Positions 13,411 to 27,199 of a stretch of DNA of 64,000 bases are shown here, in pieces; position 1 is the stretch's first letter, and each line of letters opens with the position of its first letter. Made by a program: the position numbers and the translations under genes. The stretch lies in NCBI GenBank assembly GCA_043228905.1, contig JBHGNT010000014.1, forward strand, positions 13,082,001-13,146,000, written 5' to 3'. Source of the stretch: Azolla caroliniana (lineage: Eukaryota; Plantae; Polypodiophyta). The notes beneath the pieces were generated by a model, which searched no databases, was not told the origin of the DNA, and saw only the letters and a list, made by a program, of their open reading frames with translations.

Positions 13411-15479
13411 TATTAGTTGGATATCGGTACATAGTTTTGGAGATGAAGGTGGAGTAGAAGTTGCAATGGATGATAGTGACAAACATTGACGTGAAGCAAC
13501 AAGAATGTATGTAAAGAAAGTAGTGTTGCTACTATTTTTAAATGAAGTCAAACAATTTAGACCATTTTGATGAAGTGGGATTAGTAGTAACCTTCAAATC
13601 TTGTTGACTTAAATGTAATTAATCATTCAATGGACTAGTTTGCATTAACTCATGTTGAGAATGAAGCATCCTAGAAATGGTTGATATGTTCTTTTTGCTA
13701 AGTCCATAATTTCTTAGAGTTATTTTTGACGTGGAAGATGGTTCTAGATTGGACAAAGTGGCTAATAGTTGTGGACGTCTTGAGAGATATGTGTAGTCCA
13801 TTGTTGGGGTTGAAATCCTTGTGTGTAACCCATCTTCTTGGTATACGACATCACAAAAATATGGTTATCATTTAGTTTTCTTGTGTATTCGAGTTTTGGC
13901 ATTCTAGTGAGGTAATGAGCTCTTTGGAAATGAACATTGTGTAAAATTATTTGGTAATGGGCTCATGTGTTCCCTTTGCATTGTCCCAAAGTAATGTGCA
14001 TGAATGTGAAATGTGAGGTGAACTACTAGAAACCTGAACCAAGGAAGATGGGTTTACCGATTGAATTGATCATTTCAAAATTCTTTCTAATTGCTGGTTG
14101 TAATCAATTCTAGGTCAAATGATTTGACAGACTTTAACAATGTGACTATGTATGTGTGTAAAATACTACATGTAAGCATAAGTTCGAGTACATAAGTATA
14201 TGTGTGAGGTTATGTATCACTTAGGCGCATGCTATGTATTTGTCTTAATTATATGTGCATGTACATATTTATGTATATGTTGAAGTGTATGCTAATGTGC
14301 AAGAGGAATGTATATATAGTGTGTGAATTGTACTTGGATGTGCGTATATGTATGTATATATGAACGTATGGGTTTTTATGTATATGTATGTAAGTGTATG
14401 TCAATATGTGGGTGTGCATTTGTTTTAAAATGTTGATCCCTAGAAATGAACTCTCCATATCCTTTTATAGTTTTGGGCATCTTTTCATTGTTTAACCATT
14501 TTATGTACTATAAATCATCTTTTGCTCCTCATCATCTATTTCAAGAGTCAAACCCTTACACCTATCATCCTAAGAGTTCATTCTTGTTAATTAAGTTATT
14601 CATTTTTGCTGGTTTTTCACTTATCCTTTCTACTTCCTTGCCTATAATCCTAACCTATTGTAAACTTGGTTCTAAACACTTTCCTCCTATGCACAAGCCA
14701 CATCCCAACAACATAAAACACTCAAGGTTTGTCATCGAGTAATTCCCAAAGGGCGAAAACAATTAAAGTGTCATGTACTTGGTCTTTCCTCTTCCTGGGA
14801 TTTTAAGCAAATTGTAGATTCTTTATACCTTGGTAGTACTTTTTTCTCTAGGTAGTGAGAGAGAGTAAAATACTTAAATTTCTACAATAAAATAAACCAA
14901 AAAAATGCAAAAATCAAATTCTAAAAATTCAAATTAAAAACGAAACTAATCACCGAAGTTCAAACGATTAGGAAAAGAAAAATATTAATTACAACAACAA
15001 AAGAAAAAACTAAAGATATGCATAAGAGGTCTAACTCCTCCCACTTATCAACAATCATCTATATTATATCATGTTATTTATACTAAAGATGGTGCCGGTG
15101 GCGGGAATAAAACACAACATTGATTCCAGAGAGCTATTGCAAAACAAACATGGCTGCTCCAATTGACCATTTTGCGCTCTTAGAACAAAACTCCATCCCA
15201 ACTAAGAGCACTAGTTGTCCACCCTGGCTGGTAGTTTGAAAACTTCATGTTCGCCTTTTGTTTCACATGTACTGAAGACCATACCCCACATATAAACAAC
15301 ATCTATGAATATCCAGCTTTTTCAATGGTTCAATCACACAAAGACCAACATCTTTGAAGGAGAGGAGGCGACAATGTCACCAAATGAGCCACATAATAAC
15401 ACCTCCTCAGAAAACTTGTCTTTCACATGATATTCCATGTCCTTTGTCTTCCCAATCATATATGTTAGGTCTGGATCTA

Positions 15480-15815
15480 CAATCCCAACATAAACACTTG
15501 TGAACAAAACAGAACTGATTCCAGCATTTCTGAATATTGTTGGGGAGAAATAAAACAGAAATAAAACACAACATTGATTCCAGAGAGTTGTTGCAAAACA
15601 AACATGGTTGCTCCAATTGACCATTTCAGGCTCTTAGAACAGAACTCCATCCCAACTAAGAGCACTGTAGCAGGCAAGATGGATATCCAAAATCAATTCC
15701 TCCAACAGCCAGGAACAATTTCTACTGGAAGCCCAATTACCAGGGCACAAAGTATTCCAATGCATGTAGCAATCTGGCAAAGACTACCATTAGAGACTAC
15801 CATACGTTCCATTCC
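15480..15815 (-). pseudogene. Fragment of an MFS sugar transporter (plastidic glucose transporter-like); partial second copy at 15106-15211
   Basis: Minus strand reads GTYGSL..CQIATCIGILCALVIGLP..PGCWRN*FWISILPATVLLVGMEFC..W then IGATMFVLQQLSGINVVFYF..SPTIFRNAGI; QQLSGIN is the sugar-porter signature; stop and small duplications present. Confidence 0.8.
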
Positions 15816-15829
15816 TATACCTACTCATA

Positions 15830-16515
15830 ATATTCTGCTTCACCCCCCACACCATCTTCTCTCATCCTTATCCCTCAAAACAATTTTGCTTCTTAAGTCC
15901 ACATCAACCATCTCGCCGATTACCACCAAATTCCTATATACATAATAACAAAGTGACTATAAAATGCTTCCTCATCCCCTCATATATTTGCTTCAACCCC
16001 CACACCATCGTCACTCATCCTCTCATTATGAATAAACTCTATAAAGACAATAACTACATGACAACAACTAGAAGACTATCATGTTTGTTGCACTCCCTAA
16101 GATGAAACCTAAAATCTTTTTCACTCCGTGCCATGCCACCAAATTCCATCAAGCATCATCCACAACAACCATCTTGCCTTCTCGCTAATCGGCACCAAAT
16201 TTTGGCTTGCCATGTCCTTGATTTCCTTCCATCAAGCATCATCCACAACAACCATCTCGCCTTCTCGCTAATCGGCACCAAGTTTTGGCTTGCCATGTCC
16301 TTGATTTCCTTCCATCAAGCATCCTGCCATATAGACCGCAAACAAATTAATGTAAAAATTCCCTCACCAACTCATGATAATATGCTTCTTCAACCCCCAC
16401 ACCATCTACACTCATCCTTATTGCTCATAAGAAATTGCTTCTTACATCCACAACAACCATCTCGCCTTCTCGCTAATCGACTCCAAGTTTTGCCTTGCCA
16501 TGTCCTTGATTTCTA
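15830..16515 (+). repeat. Mosaic of short dispersed and tandem repeats
   Basis: cttca.cccccacaccatc x3; catccacaacaaccatct.gccttctcgctaatcg..ccaa.ttttg.cttgccatgtccttgatttc x3. Confidence 0.65.
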
Positions 16516-17869
16516 CCAACATCACTTATCCTAACAAAAATAATTACCAGTATCTTGATAAATGCCAAAGCTTATATTTGGTCTTGTTTTTGATAATATA
16601 TATTTGTTGAGATGAAACAATATTATGTACTATTTGTATACTGCCTCCGGGCCTTTTATTAATACCAATGGAGCATATGTTTTATGGTAAAAAAAACTCC
16701 TCCCAGTTAGCCTTTACTCATTCTTATTATGATACCTACAACACTCGTTCTTATTATGATACCTACAACATCCTCGTTCTTACCTCTTTCCTTCCATCCC
16801 TTGGTAAAGAAGGTTTGCCTTGAGATCTTATGAAGAACTTACTCATGACTTCTAGTCATGGTCTTAGAGTTCCCAACCATGACTCCAAAATGATGTGTGT
16901 GGTCAAGGTGTTCATAGTGATCATACATCTTTGTATTGGTGGAGTTACGCCTTTGTGTCCAGACTATTGTATACCTTGACTATTCTTTGGAGATCGTAGA
17001 TTATTCAATACCATGTTGCTGCTGATTCAGGTGAGGTAATTGTAAAGGACTATTGAATTGCTAACCTTGCAAACTCTTCCTTACCTCTCTTGAAAGATCT
17101 AATCTTACCAATAAGCTCACTACTATTTTATGTCGACTTAAGAGCTAGATATAAATAAACAAGTAATAAGACCAATTATGGTTCGATAAATTGGATTATC
17201 ATGGGGTTGGCTCAATGAGTTAATAGTAATGTCTCAAAATTATGAGAAAAGAGAGGGAGGGAGAGTTATAGCTTAGGTTAAAGGGGATTAGAATATTGGA
17301 GAACACTCAAAAGCACAAAACAACTCACAACAAGTATTTAACAAAAGATGGGCCTAGTAGAAGTTGTCTTTCAAACATATAAGGTCTTCGAAGAACAAAT
17401 GAAGCTGATCTCTCAAATAAACATGACATTCAAGAATCTTGAAATAGAAAGGACCCAACCATGATGCCAATGATGAATGATAGGGGAAATGAGAGACAAG
17501 GTTTGACATTCAAGCTTCCCTAAGAAATTATAGAGAATGCAATTAATATTAGTAGATAGTTCATGACATATTAAGTTCCCAAAGTTTCTTGATAAACAAT
17601 TTTATGGACATAGACATAGCTTTAGACCCAAATGGGAAGGCTAATTTGTCATAAATAAATAAATGATGAAGGATAATTATCTTAGTATTTGAGGTAATCT
17701 AGTATGGTTAGCAATACATAGGCATTTACGTGGCGATTAAGGGGCCTTTGGCATAAGATATAAATACGGGACTAGCTACCTCATTTTATGATCTCCTTTG
17801 TGAGACTTTAGAAGGGGAAAACCTTAAGGTTGGATATCAATACTTTAAGAGGCGTGTTGGAGCACATAA

Positions 17870-19440
17870 GATGTCTAGTTTTCCATGTAATTCTTGGTTC
17901 AATGATGAATGTAAGATGTATCTCAAATGGTTTAAGTCTATAGAAGGGGAAAATGAAAGGATTATTGCATGACACCTATATAAGAAGGTAGTGAGGAGAA
18001 AGAAAATAAGATATTTCCAAATGCAAGAAATGAAAAAGAGAAATTGGTTTAAGTTCAAACCAAAATTAGCATGGGACAACTCAACGGTAAGAAAGAAGAT
18101 TTCAAAGGTCACGTTACAAATGAGGAGATTCTAGAATATGTACAAAGGCCATATATGAATGAAGGTGTGGCTCCTATGGTTGAGAACATTGAAACACCAT
18201 GTTATACATGTATTGATATTGATAATGTCAATAAGGGAATAACGATGATAGCAAGTGGGAAAACAACAGATTTAACCTACCTTTCAAGTGAGCTTTTAAA
18301 ATGGACAAGGCCATATACACGTCATTAGATGATGACAATTATAGAGCAAGATATAAAACAAGGTTTTCCAAATGATTGGCTTATGAATTGGATTAAACGA
18401 ATCTTTAAAGTTGGAGATAATAATCAAGCATCAAATGATCGTACAATAATGGTGACCTCCACTATTGCTAAATTATATAGCACTATTATGGAGCAAAAGA
18501 TAAGCACATGGGCTGAAAGTACAAGCAAAAGAGAACTTGGGCTAGTAAGATTTAGACCAAAACACTCCATCGTGGATCATTTGGTCAAATTGACAGTAAT
18601 CATGGAAGATAGTCAACTACAAGGAAAAACACTTTATTGTTGTTTTGTTGATTTCAAGAAAGCTTTTGATACTGTACCATGAAGTGAGCTCTGGAATAGA
18701 ATGGTAGAGATTGACATGCCACTAGAGTATTGTGTTGTTGTTGAGTGCCAATAGGAAGAAGTTAAATGGCAACTAAAACTGGATTATAATGGATTCTCAA
18801 AGCACTTTTTAAGTAACACGGGGGTCAAACAAGGATCAGATGTCCCCAATTACCCACACTCTTTGGCTTATGTATTGATAAATTAACACAAGTGGTGAAT
18901 AAGGTTGCAAGAGAACAAGGATTGAATGCCCCCAAATTGATGCAACATGTTATCTTATTGCTTTTATATGCAGATGATGTGGTACTCTTCTAATATAACG
19001 TTGATAATATGCAACATTTACTTGGCGTACTAGAAGAACTTTTCCATAATAGTGGACTAGCAGTGAATGCGGAGAAAACAAAGATGATGATAGTCCAAAC
19101 CATCCAACCCCATCATTACCCGATGCTCACATATAGAGGTGAACATATAAAATTTGTTCAAAGCTTTAAATATCTTGGTATTGATGTACCCACCACAAAT
19201 AAATGGAGTGCATGCTTTGATTTTAGGCTTCAAGCGCTTGGAAATCGCATTGCCTTTTGGAGAACCAATTCAACCAAAGTGATACTTGTGGATGGGAAGT
19301 AAAACTAATTTTGATCAATGCCATGGTAACTCAAGTATTGCTTTATCGAGTATAAGTATGGGGTGACACTGTCTCTCTTAATGAATGGAATGAAACTGCG
19401 AAAATTAAAAAGATGTTTTTAAGGAGGCAATTTGGAGTTT
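17870..19440 (+). mobile_element. Degenerate RTE/RTEX-like LINE reverse transcriptase
   Basis: PCNSWFNDECK; RTIMV..AKLY..FRPKHSIVDH..CFVDFKKAFDTVP; GVKQG; LLYADDVVL; FKYLGI; many stops; cut off at ~19440. Confidence 0.85.
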
Positions 19441-20870
19441 TTCTTTTCCAAAATGAAGCTACTTTGCCATTAGTTAGGAGAGATTATTACATAAAGACTA
19501 TACAAGGTGGCTTATACATAAATCAGGGGATCACCCTCCGACCAAGTTCAAGAAAATGAGACTACATACATGTACCCTTTCGAAATGACTACTTAATGTA
19601 AGTAGATACCTATAGATAAAAATGGTTCCCTTTAGTGTTGGCCAGTACGAGCCTACTCTTGTGGCCTAGTGTGGGGGCTGGTAATTCCACCTCAGGCCAG
19701 TTTCTCCTTGCGTCACCATTGGCGTGTTTCGCCATTTCTACTAGAAGAGCAAACGGGCAGTGATCACGTTGTTGGAGTGGCCACAAACCTCATCCAATGG
19801 CCCTTGTAGGTAGCTGATAACCGCAAACCATATCTCCATGATCACTTCCTCTGCGTTAGCTTTTCCCATGCTAGGCCCTTAAGCCGCCCTAACATCATGT
19901 CTTCACTTGTTCACACCTGAGGATTCCAAAATAATGGTTGTCTAATCCACTCGATTAGTGTCTCCGGGTGTGCTTGACCAACTGTGGTCGCATGTGGCAC
20001 CATGCCCGTAAGATGGAGTTCGCTACCCTGTCCTCCGGTTGATAAGCCATCTTAGGTGAGACTCCGTTCATGCAACACTAGTTCAAGGAGTCAGGACAAG
20101 GCCTACCATACATGGGAGCCCCTTCTTGAAACCTGTTGCGAAGGAGTACCCTCCAACACTCCTTACCTGGCAGGAGGTAGGGAACCACCATTTTGGCAAG
20201 CAATGGTTGGCTCAGAGTTAAGGGGTCTATGAGGCCAAGTCCCCCATTTGGCCCGTGGTTGCATTAACCAATGCCATGACACTCTGGTGGCCAGCATTGG
20301 GTTGTCCTTAACTGACCATATAAACCTCTTGATGGCAACCTTAATCGTGTGGAGACCTACAGGGTCCATAATCCAACATGAGACTGAGTGCCACATGGTG
20401 GCGAGCATCACTTGGTTTGCAATAAGGACCCTACCAGCGAAGGATAATTTAGATCTACTCCATTGGTTTAGCTTCCTGCTTATTTTGTCTTGCACAAGGG
20501 ACATTTGCACTCCCTTGGGGATTGCCCTCCCCATCATAAAATCCTAGGTACTTGAACGTCATCCCGTAAGGGACCCAGTTAAAATCGTCATGGGGTTGCC
20601 ACCTTGGTTTCTCTTGTTCGCTAAACCAGAGGCCTTGGGTTTTATCCCAATTGACCTTGGAACCAGGGGGCCGACAAAAATCCTCGACAAGATATTCAAC
20701 TCGGTGCAAATTCTCATCGCCCTATAGGAAAAGTATCGTATCGTCGGCATACTTAGATAATAGAAGATCTTCAATTGCATTAGGGATTGGGAAAACCCTC
20801 AATCCGATGCTTGGTGCTTGTAAGTAGGCAGAGAAAGATATGGGGTTAGGGGACAACCTTGACTCACTGA
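19441..20870 (-). mobile_element. L1/Tx1-type LINE, 3' half of ORF2
   Basis: YADDT (~20750), FKYLG, KLNQWSRSKLSFAGRVLIANQVM..IKRFIW; T-rich end on the plus strand near 19441. Confidence 0.82.
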
Positions 20871-20899
20871 GTGTTGCAGTTGAGAGGCATTTTTTAGAG

Positions 20900-23085
20900 G
20901 GATCTTCTCATCAAGTCACCATATTTAGTGATCACAAAAACCTTGTCTATTTCCAGAATGCTCGTGTATTAAATCGATGACAAGCTTGGTGGGCCCAATT
21001 CCTCACTCGTTTCAACTTCAAAATTACATATCGTCTGGGGAAGCAGCAAAGGGAGACAAATGCATTATCGCGGTGCTCGTGTCTAGCACCTCATCCTGAT
21101 GATCCAACATTCAATAATCAAAAGCAAGTCATCTTGGGACCAGCACCACTGCAAGCAAAGTGGGTTTTTGACACTCCATTGGATTCCCGCATTATCACGA
21201 CCATACATGAAGACTTGAAGACAAACACTTTCACTCAAGCCATTCTAGCACAAATGGATCCCTCATGGGAAACCTATTCATAGTTGCAACAACCAGGTAT
21301 GGACTATCGACAATTTGAATGTCATGATGGATTACTATTCTTTAAGAAACTCTTGTATGTTCCTAATGGTTCTTGTCGCCTTCATATACAACTGGACATT
21401 TTGGTAGTACTAAAATGTTGGATTTAGTACAATGATAATTTTGGTGGCCTCATATGCGACGATTTGTCGAAGACTATGTTTGGACATGTGATACATGTTG
21501 TACAGCAAAGATGCCAAGACATCATTGATATGGTTTATTGGAACCATTACCAATTCCAAGCAAGTCGCGACCGTCCATTTCTCTAGATTTTATCATAGAT
21601 CTTCTAGCTTCAAAGGGATTCGATGTGATAGTAGATCGATATACTAAGGTGGCACATTTTCTGCCTTGTACTAAGGCAATCACTAGTGAAGAAACTACAG
21701 AAATTGTCATCAGTGAGGTATTTCGGCATCATGGCCTCCTAGATAGTATCATCAACAACTGTGGACCTTAATTCGTCTCGAAATTTTGGAAACATCTCTT
21801 CAAAATGCTCAAGGTCACTTGCAACATCTCCTCCGACTATCACCCTCAAACAAATGGACAAGCAGAAAGAACAAATCAAACGTTGGAACAATATCTTCAG
21901 TCTTTTCTAAGCTATCAACAAGATGATTGGGTGGATATTCTCCACTTTGCCGAATTTGCTTATAATAACTCTATCCACTCGTCAACTAGGGTTACACCAT
22001 TTTATGGTTTTACAGACTATCATCCTTGATGGTGTGTGTTCGAAACTCCAGAGTTACCCACAAATCCTCGTGTACAGGATCATTTGGAGTGGCTACGCAA
22101 GATACAGGCAGACCTAATTACCCATTTACATCAAGCTCAACAAACACATAAGGCTTATGCGGATCGTCATCGGCTTCCATCCTATTTCGACATTGGAAAT
22201 CGGGTATGGCTATTACTACTCGACCATGCGATAAATTGGATTATCGACGATTAGGTCCTTTCCGTATTATCAGAAAAGTTAATGATGTCACTTTTCTTCT
22301 TGATCTACCTCTGTGACTACGGTTCCATCCGGTTTTTCATAGTTCTCTTCTTGAACCCTGTCAAGAGAACACTATTCCGAATCGTATTACACCACCTGCA
22401 CCCCCGATTGAGCTTGAAGTAGGACCAGAGTACGAAGTTGATGTCATTCTCGATTCCAATATTGTTCGCAACAAGTCAAGAGAACACTATTCCGAATCGT
22501 ATTACACCACCTGCACCCCCGATTGAGCTTGAAGTAGGACCAGAGTATGAAGTTGATGTCATCCTCGATTCCAATATTGTTTGCAACAAGCTCTACTATT
22601 TGGTTGATTGTCTAGGCTATAGTCCAACAGAGCGTACTTGGGAACGAGTCGAGCATGTTGCAAATGCTCGATCTCTTATTGAGGACTTCCATCGACAATA
22701 TCCCAACAAACTAGGTCCTCCATCTAAGATGCCTCGTAACACTCGTCGTCTTAAGAGGGGGGGTAGTGTCATGATATAACATGGTATGGCTTTAAAAGGA
22801 TTTGAACCCATGACCTTGTGTCACATGGGTTGAAGCCCTACCATTAAGCTATTTATTGTATTACAAAAAATATTATTTCCATTTATTATTTCACTTAGGA
22901 AATCCATGTATATTCTAGATTTCTCTGGAACATTCTAGAAATGTCAAGAGTACTCCTAAGCATACTATAAAAAGAGGCACATGGCATTATTGAGAACCAA
23001 TTCGGTTCAACGCCAGTCTTAAGCCGTTCTAGCTATTCTTGTAAATTCTCTTCATATAATATAATATATCGTTTGTTACTCAACA
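20900..23085 (+). mobile_element. Ty3/gypsy chromovirus remnant: RNase H end, integrase, chromodomain, PPT (22753-22766), 3' LTR from 22767 (end uncertain)
   Basis: ISLDFIIDL..VDRYTKVAHF; YHPQTNGQAERTNQTLEQYL; AEFAYNNS; chromodomain EYEVDVILDS..YYLV..GY..ERTWE; aagagggggggtag|tgtca; internal 115-bp tandem duplication 22361-22590. Confidence 0.9.
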
Positions 23086-23095
23086 ATTTACCCAA

Positions 23096-24230
23096 ATGCA
23101 AGAGAAAGCACATGCATGCGCTAAATTTTGGGGAAATCTAAAGGGGAAACGTGTTGAGAGTTATGGTGACTTAACTCTTCACGACTTGTCTATGCATTGT
23201 AAGAATTTATATGAGTTATCTCTTGCCGGAAAGATGATGTGTTATGGTTCTCTTTCACATATGTCTCCCTTCTTTACAATTGAAGATATATGCATAGGAC
23301 TTAAGAAATTGGCCTCTCGAAAGGCAAGCGATCTTCAATGTATAAAGGCTGAAATGCGCAAATGGATGGGAAAGGAAGCACATGTATGGATAAGCGATAT
23401 GTTTAATGATGCATTGCAACATGGTATGCCGTACGATTGGATTACAAATTGGATCGAACCTTTACATAAAGGTGGAGATGTAAATAATGTAAACCACTAT
23501 CGAACCATCATGGTTGGCTCATTAATGGCAAAATTGTTTGGATGTATAATGGAATCAAAGAGAAGTGTATGGGCTGAAAAAAATGGTCAGAGAGTTTATG
23601 GACAAGTTGGCTTTTGAAAACACCATAGCACCATTGATCATCTTGTCACCCTTCGAGTATTAATGGATCTTTGGAGGAGAATGGAAGAACTTGAGGTACC
23701 AAGAAAGGTTTATATTATTGCTTTGTAGAATTCAAGAAAGCTTTTGATATGGTACCTCATGAGCATCTTTGGAGGAGAATGGAAGAACTTGAGGTACCAA
23801 GTGAATATATGCTTGCAATTTCCCGAATTTATGAGAAGGTTTTATGTTGTGTGCGTATGAGAGATAAATAAGTTTGCAAAGGAAGAATGTGTTGAAGAAA
23901 TTGCCATTGGGAATGTTGTGATTATGCTTTTGCTATATGTAGATGATGTAGTGCTTTTTGCAAATACTTTAGGAGATGCACAAAAGTTTATGAAGGCATT
24001 GGAAAACTTTTGCATGCATACTAAAAGACATAACCCATGCATTATATACAACAATGAGACACTTGAATGTGTGGAAAGCTTCAAATATATTGGGCTTGAA
24101 GTTCCTTCAAATCATAGATGGAATGAATGTGCTACACGCCGCTAAGAGGCGGGTAAGTGAGCATACTATGCATTTGAGAACACATGCAATCTTGGAGATA
24201 TTAAGTGTTGGGTCCTCAAGAAATATCTTA
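23096..24230 (+). mobile_element. Second degenerate RTE/RTEX-like LINE, RT region
   Basis: PLHKGGD..NHYRTIMVGSLMAKLF..YGQVGF; FVEFKKAFD; LLLYVDDVVLF; FKYIGL. Confidence 0.85.
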
Positions 24231-24845
24231 ACATGTTTGCATTACTTATACATTCCTTTTATAATCTTGAGATTTTAGGCGATTTTCAGAAACTTGATAC
24301 ACCAATATCACATGTTTTAAATAACATGTAAAATTTGTTAATTTTTTGAGATTTAACAAGTTTCAAAATGATAATTTTTAAAATTGAATAGTTTTTCAAT
24401 AAATGCTTAAACGTTGATGGTTTGAAAATATGAAATGTAGTTAACTTAAAGAAAATTACGATGGTTAACTTAACACAGAAGTTAAGATTAATGGTTTCAC
24501 CATCTTGAGAAGATGTAGGTTCTAGAAGTGGAAGCTACATCTATTGTTAGACTTAAAAATGTTTTAAGTATAAGAGGTAACATTGTAATCCTTAATGCCA
24601 TCATCTATAAATTTAGTGCTCATTAACATCCATAAATTCACAACTCAAGAAATGTATACAATATTCATAAACAATTTTGATAAATCCATAACTCCTAAAC
24701 TATAGATGATATTCATAAACTGTCAAAACTGTCAAACTTAGATGTAAACATTAATATATCAATTTGAACATATCACATACTTATCAAAGTATCCACAATG
24801 CTCTCCTCTTCTTCATTTTGAGAGCTCCCCTACAAAATTTGTGAA

Positions 24846-26545
24846 GTAAATGGGATTTGCAAGGTTCAATTACCATCAACACAATTATTAATGGTTTTTT
24901 GTTAATCAAGGAAGCACATGTTCACCGTAAGGTATCTTGTTGTGCAACATAATTCTTTACAACATCGATATGCATCTTTTACTCTTGTAAAAGCAGAGAT
25001 TTTAGTACAATTCAAGTTTATGTAAACCCTAAACCTCTTTTATTTGAATAAAAAGATGATTTCTAAACATGAACTCCATACATTGTATTGAGTTGATGTA
25101 AAAAACAAAGTTTTTATCACAATTCCATACAATTTATCAAATTTATGTTCAAAGTTTTTTTCCCGAATTAAAAAAAATAAAAAAAATCGAACTTGACTTG
25201 ATGAAAAAACCAGATTTTTCACCACAATTTATTACAATGTACCTAGTTTATGTTTAAAGTAAATTTTTTTCAATTTTGTTTGATTTTTTTATTTTTTATT
25301 TTTTATTTTGTTTGGGAAAAAAAAACTTTAAACATGAATTCGATACATTATATCGACTTGTGATGAAAACTTTGGTTTTTTCATCATTTCAACTTTTTTT
25401 TTTAAAAATAACCAAAAGGACCCAAAATAAATAGAAAAAAACCAAAATTATTTATTTTAAAACCCCCCCAAAAAACCTTTAAACATGAACTCGATACATT
25501 GTATCGAATTCATGTGAAAAAGTCAGCTTTTCGACACAAACTCGATACAATGTATTGAGTTGGTCTTGAAAAGTTTGTTTTTCGATACATTGTATCGAGT
25601 TCGTGTCGAAAAGTTGACTTTTCAACATGAATTTGATACGGCGTATCGAGTTCGTGTCGAAAAGTTGACTTTTTAACATGAATTTGATACGGCGTATCGA
25701 GTTCGTGTTTAAATGTGTTAAACACAAACTCGATACATTGTATCGAGTTCATGTCAAAAAACTGAGTTTTTCAACACGAACTCGATACGGCGTATCGAAT
25801 TCGCACTGAAAACTTTGTTTTTAAACATGAACTTGATATGGCGTATCGAGTTTGTGTTTAAAAACAGAGTTTTAAACAAGAACTCAATACATTGTATCGA
25901 GTTCATGTTTAAAGTTTTATTTTTATTTTTATTTTTTCTATCTATTTTGGGTCTTTTATTTTATTTAATTTAATTGTTTTTGAAGTGATGAAGAAACTAG
26001 AGTTTTCATCACAAGTCAATACAATGTATCGGATTCATGTTTAAAGTTTTTCCCAAAAAACAAATTAAAAATAAAATAAAATCAAAACAATTTGAAAAAA
26101 TTTTGAAAAATTTTGAAAAAATTACTTTAAACATGAACTCTATACATTGTATTGAATTGTGGTGAAAAAATTGGTTTTTTCATCAAGTCAAGCTCAATTG
26201 TTTTATTTTTTTATTTTTTTCAATCTGAGAAAAAAACTTTGAACATGAATTTGATACATTGTATGTAATTGTGATCAAAACTTTATTTTTTACATCAACT
26301 CAATATAATGTATGAAGTTCATGTTTAGAAATCATCTTTTTATTCAAATAAAAGAGGTTTAGGGTTTACATGAACTCGAATTGTACTAAAATCTCTGTTT
26401 TTACAAGAGAAAAAGATGCATATCGATACTGCAAAGAAGTATGTTGCACAACAAGACACCTTATGGTGAACATGTGCTTCAATGACTAACAAAAAACCAT
26501 TAAGAATTCTGTTGATGGTAATTGAACCTTGAAAATGCCATTTAC
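24846..26545. mobile_element. ~1.7-kb foldback (giant inverted repeat) element with internal palindromic subrepeats
   Basis: 24846 gtaaatgg..caaggttcaattaccatcaaca..catcgatatgcatctttt..aaaccctaaacctcttttatttgaataaaaagatgatttctaaacatgaact is mirrored in reverse complement through 26545 (..ccatttac); centre made of catgaactcgatac-NNN-gtatcgagttcatg units. Confidence 0.88.
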
Positions 26546-27199
26546 GTGGTGTAAAAAAACATCTTGTGGTTCTTAATCACCACGTCAAGCACTTAATGTT
26601 GATCTTCAGAGTTTGGTTCATCTACAAAGGAGAAACATTTATGTGGAACTAAGGATGACAACACGAGCATAACTCAGGTGACAAGGAAACTTGCAAGAAC
26701 TCAAGGTGGGGATATTAATAGCTACACATGTAGATGGCCATCAACTAGGGCACCAATTCTGCATTGGTAAAGTTTTGGACGTGGTGATGTATTAAACTTC
26801 TGTAATACATCTATCTTTGACATTAGTGAGGTGAATATCATTGTGTATGACTTTACACTAACAAAAGTTGGATGTTTAAGGACGAGAATGATAGACATAA
26901 TAAAAAAGATATTACCAAGACTACAAGATATCTCAAATTGAAGGCGAACAAGATTTAGTGCACACAATTTGGAGACACCATTTAGTGAAGACAATGATTT
27001 GATTGGTACATTTGAAAATGAGGAGGAAGAGTCACAATTGTATATTACCTATAGTAGTAATTCTTCGGAAAGGAATGATGATAGTGATGCAAATAACTCT
27101 TAAATGTATTTTTTGTGCAACGATATGTAAGAAATTTAGACAATATTTTATCGAATGAAATAAAAAAGCGAAAGATTTTTAGATTGTAAATGAGGCCTT

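Noticed and set aside
25480-25910. CRISPR-like appearance of regularly spaced palindromes (also 31140-33260)
   Set aside because: Eukaryotic context, degenerate repeats, spacers are related A/T tracts rather than unique sequences, no cas genes
26546-27100. Possible hAT transposase tail flanking the foldback
   Set aside because: Only an acidic stretch is visible; no diagnostic motif could be read
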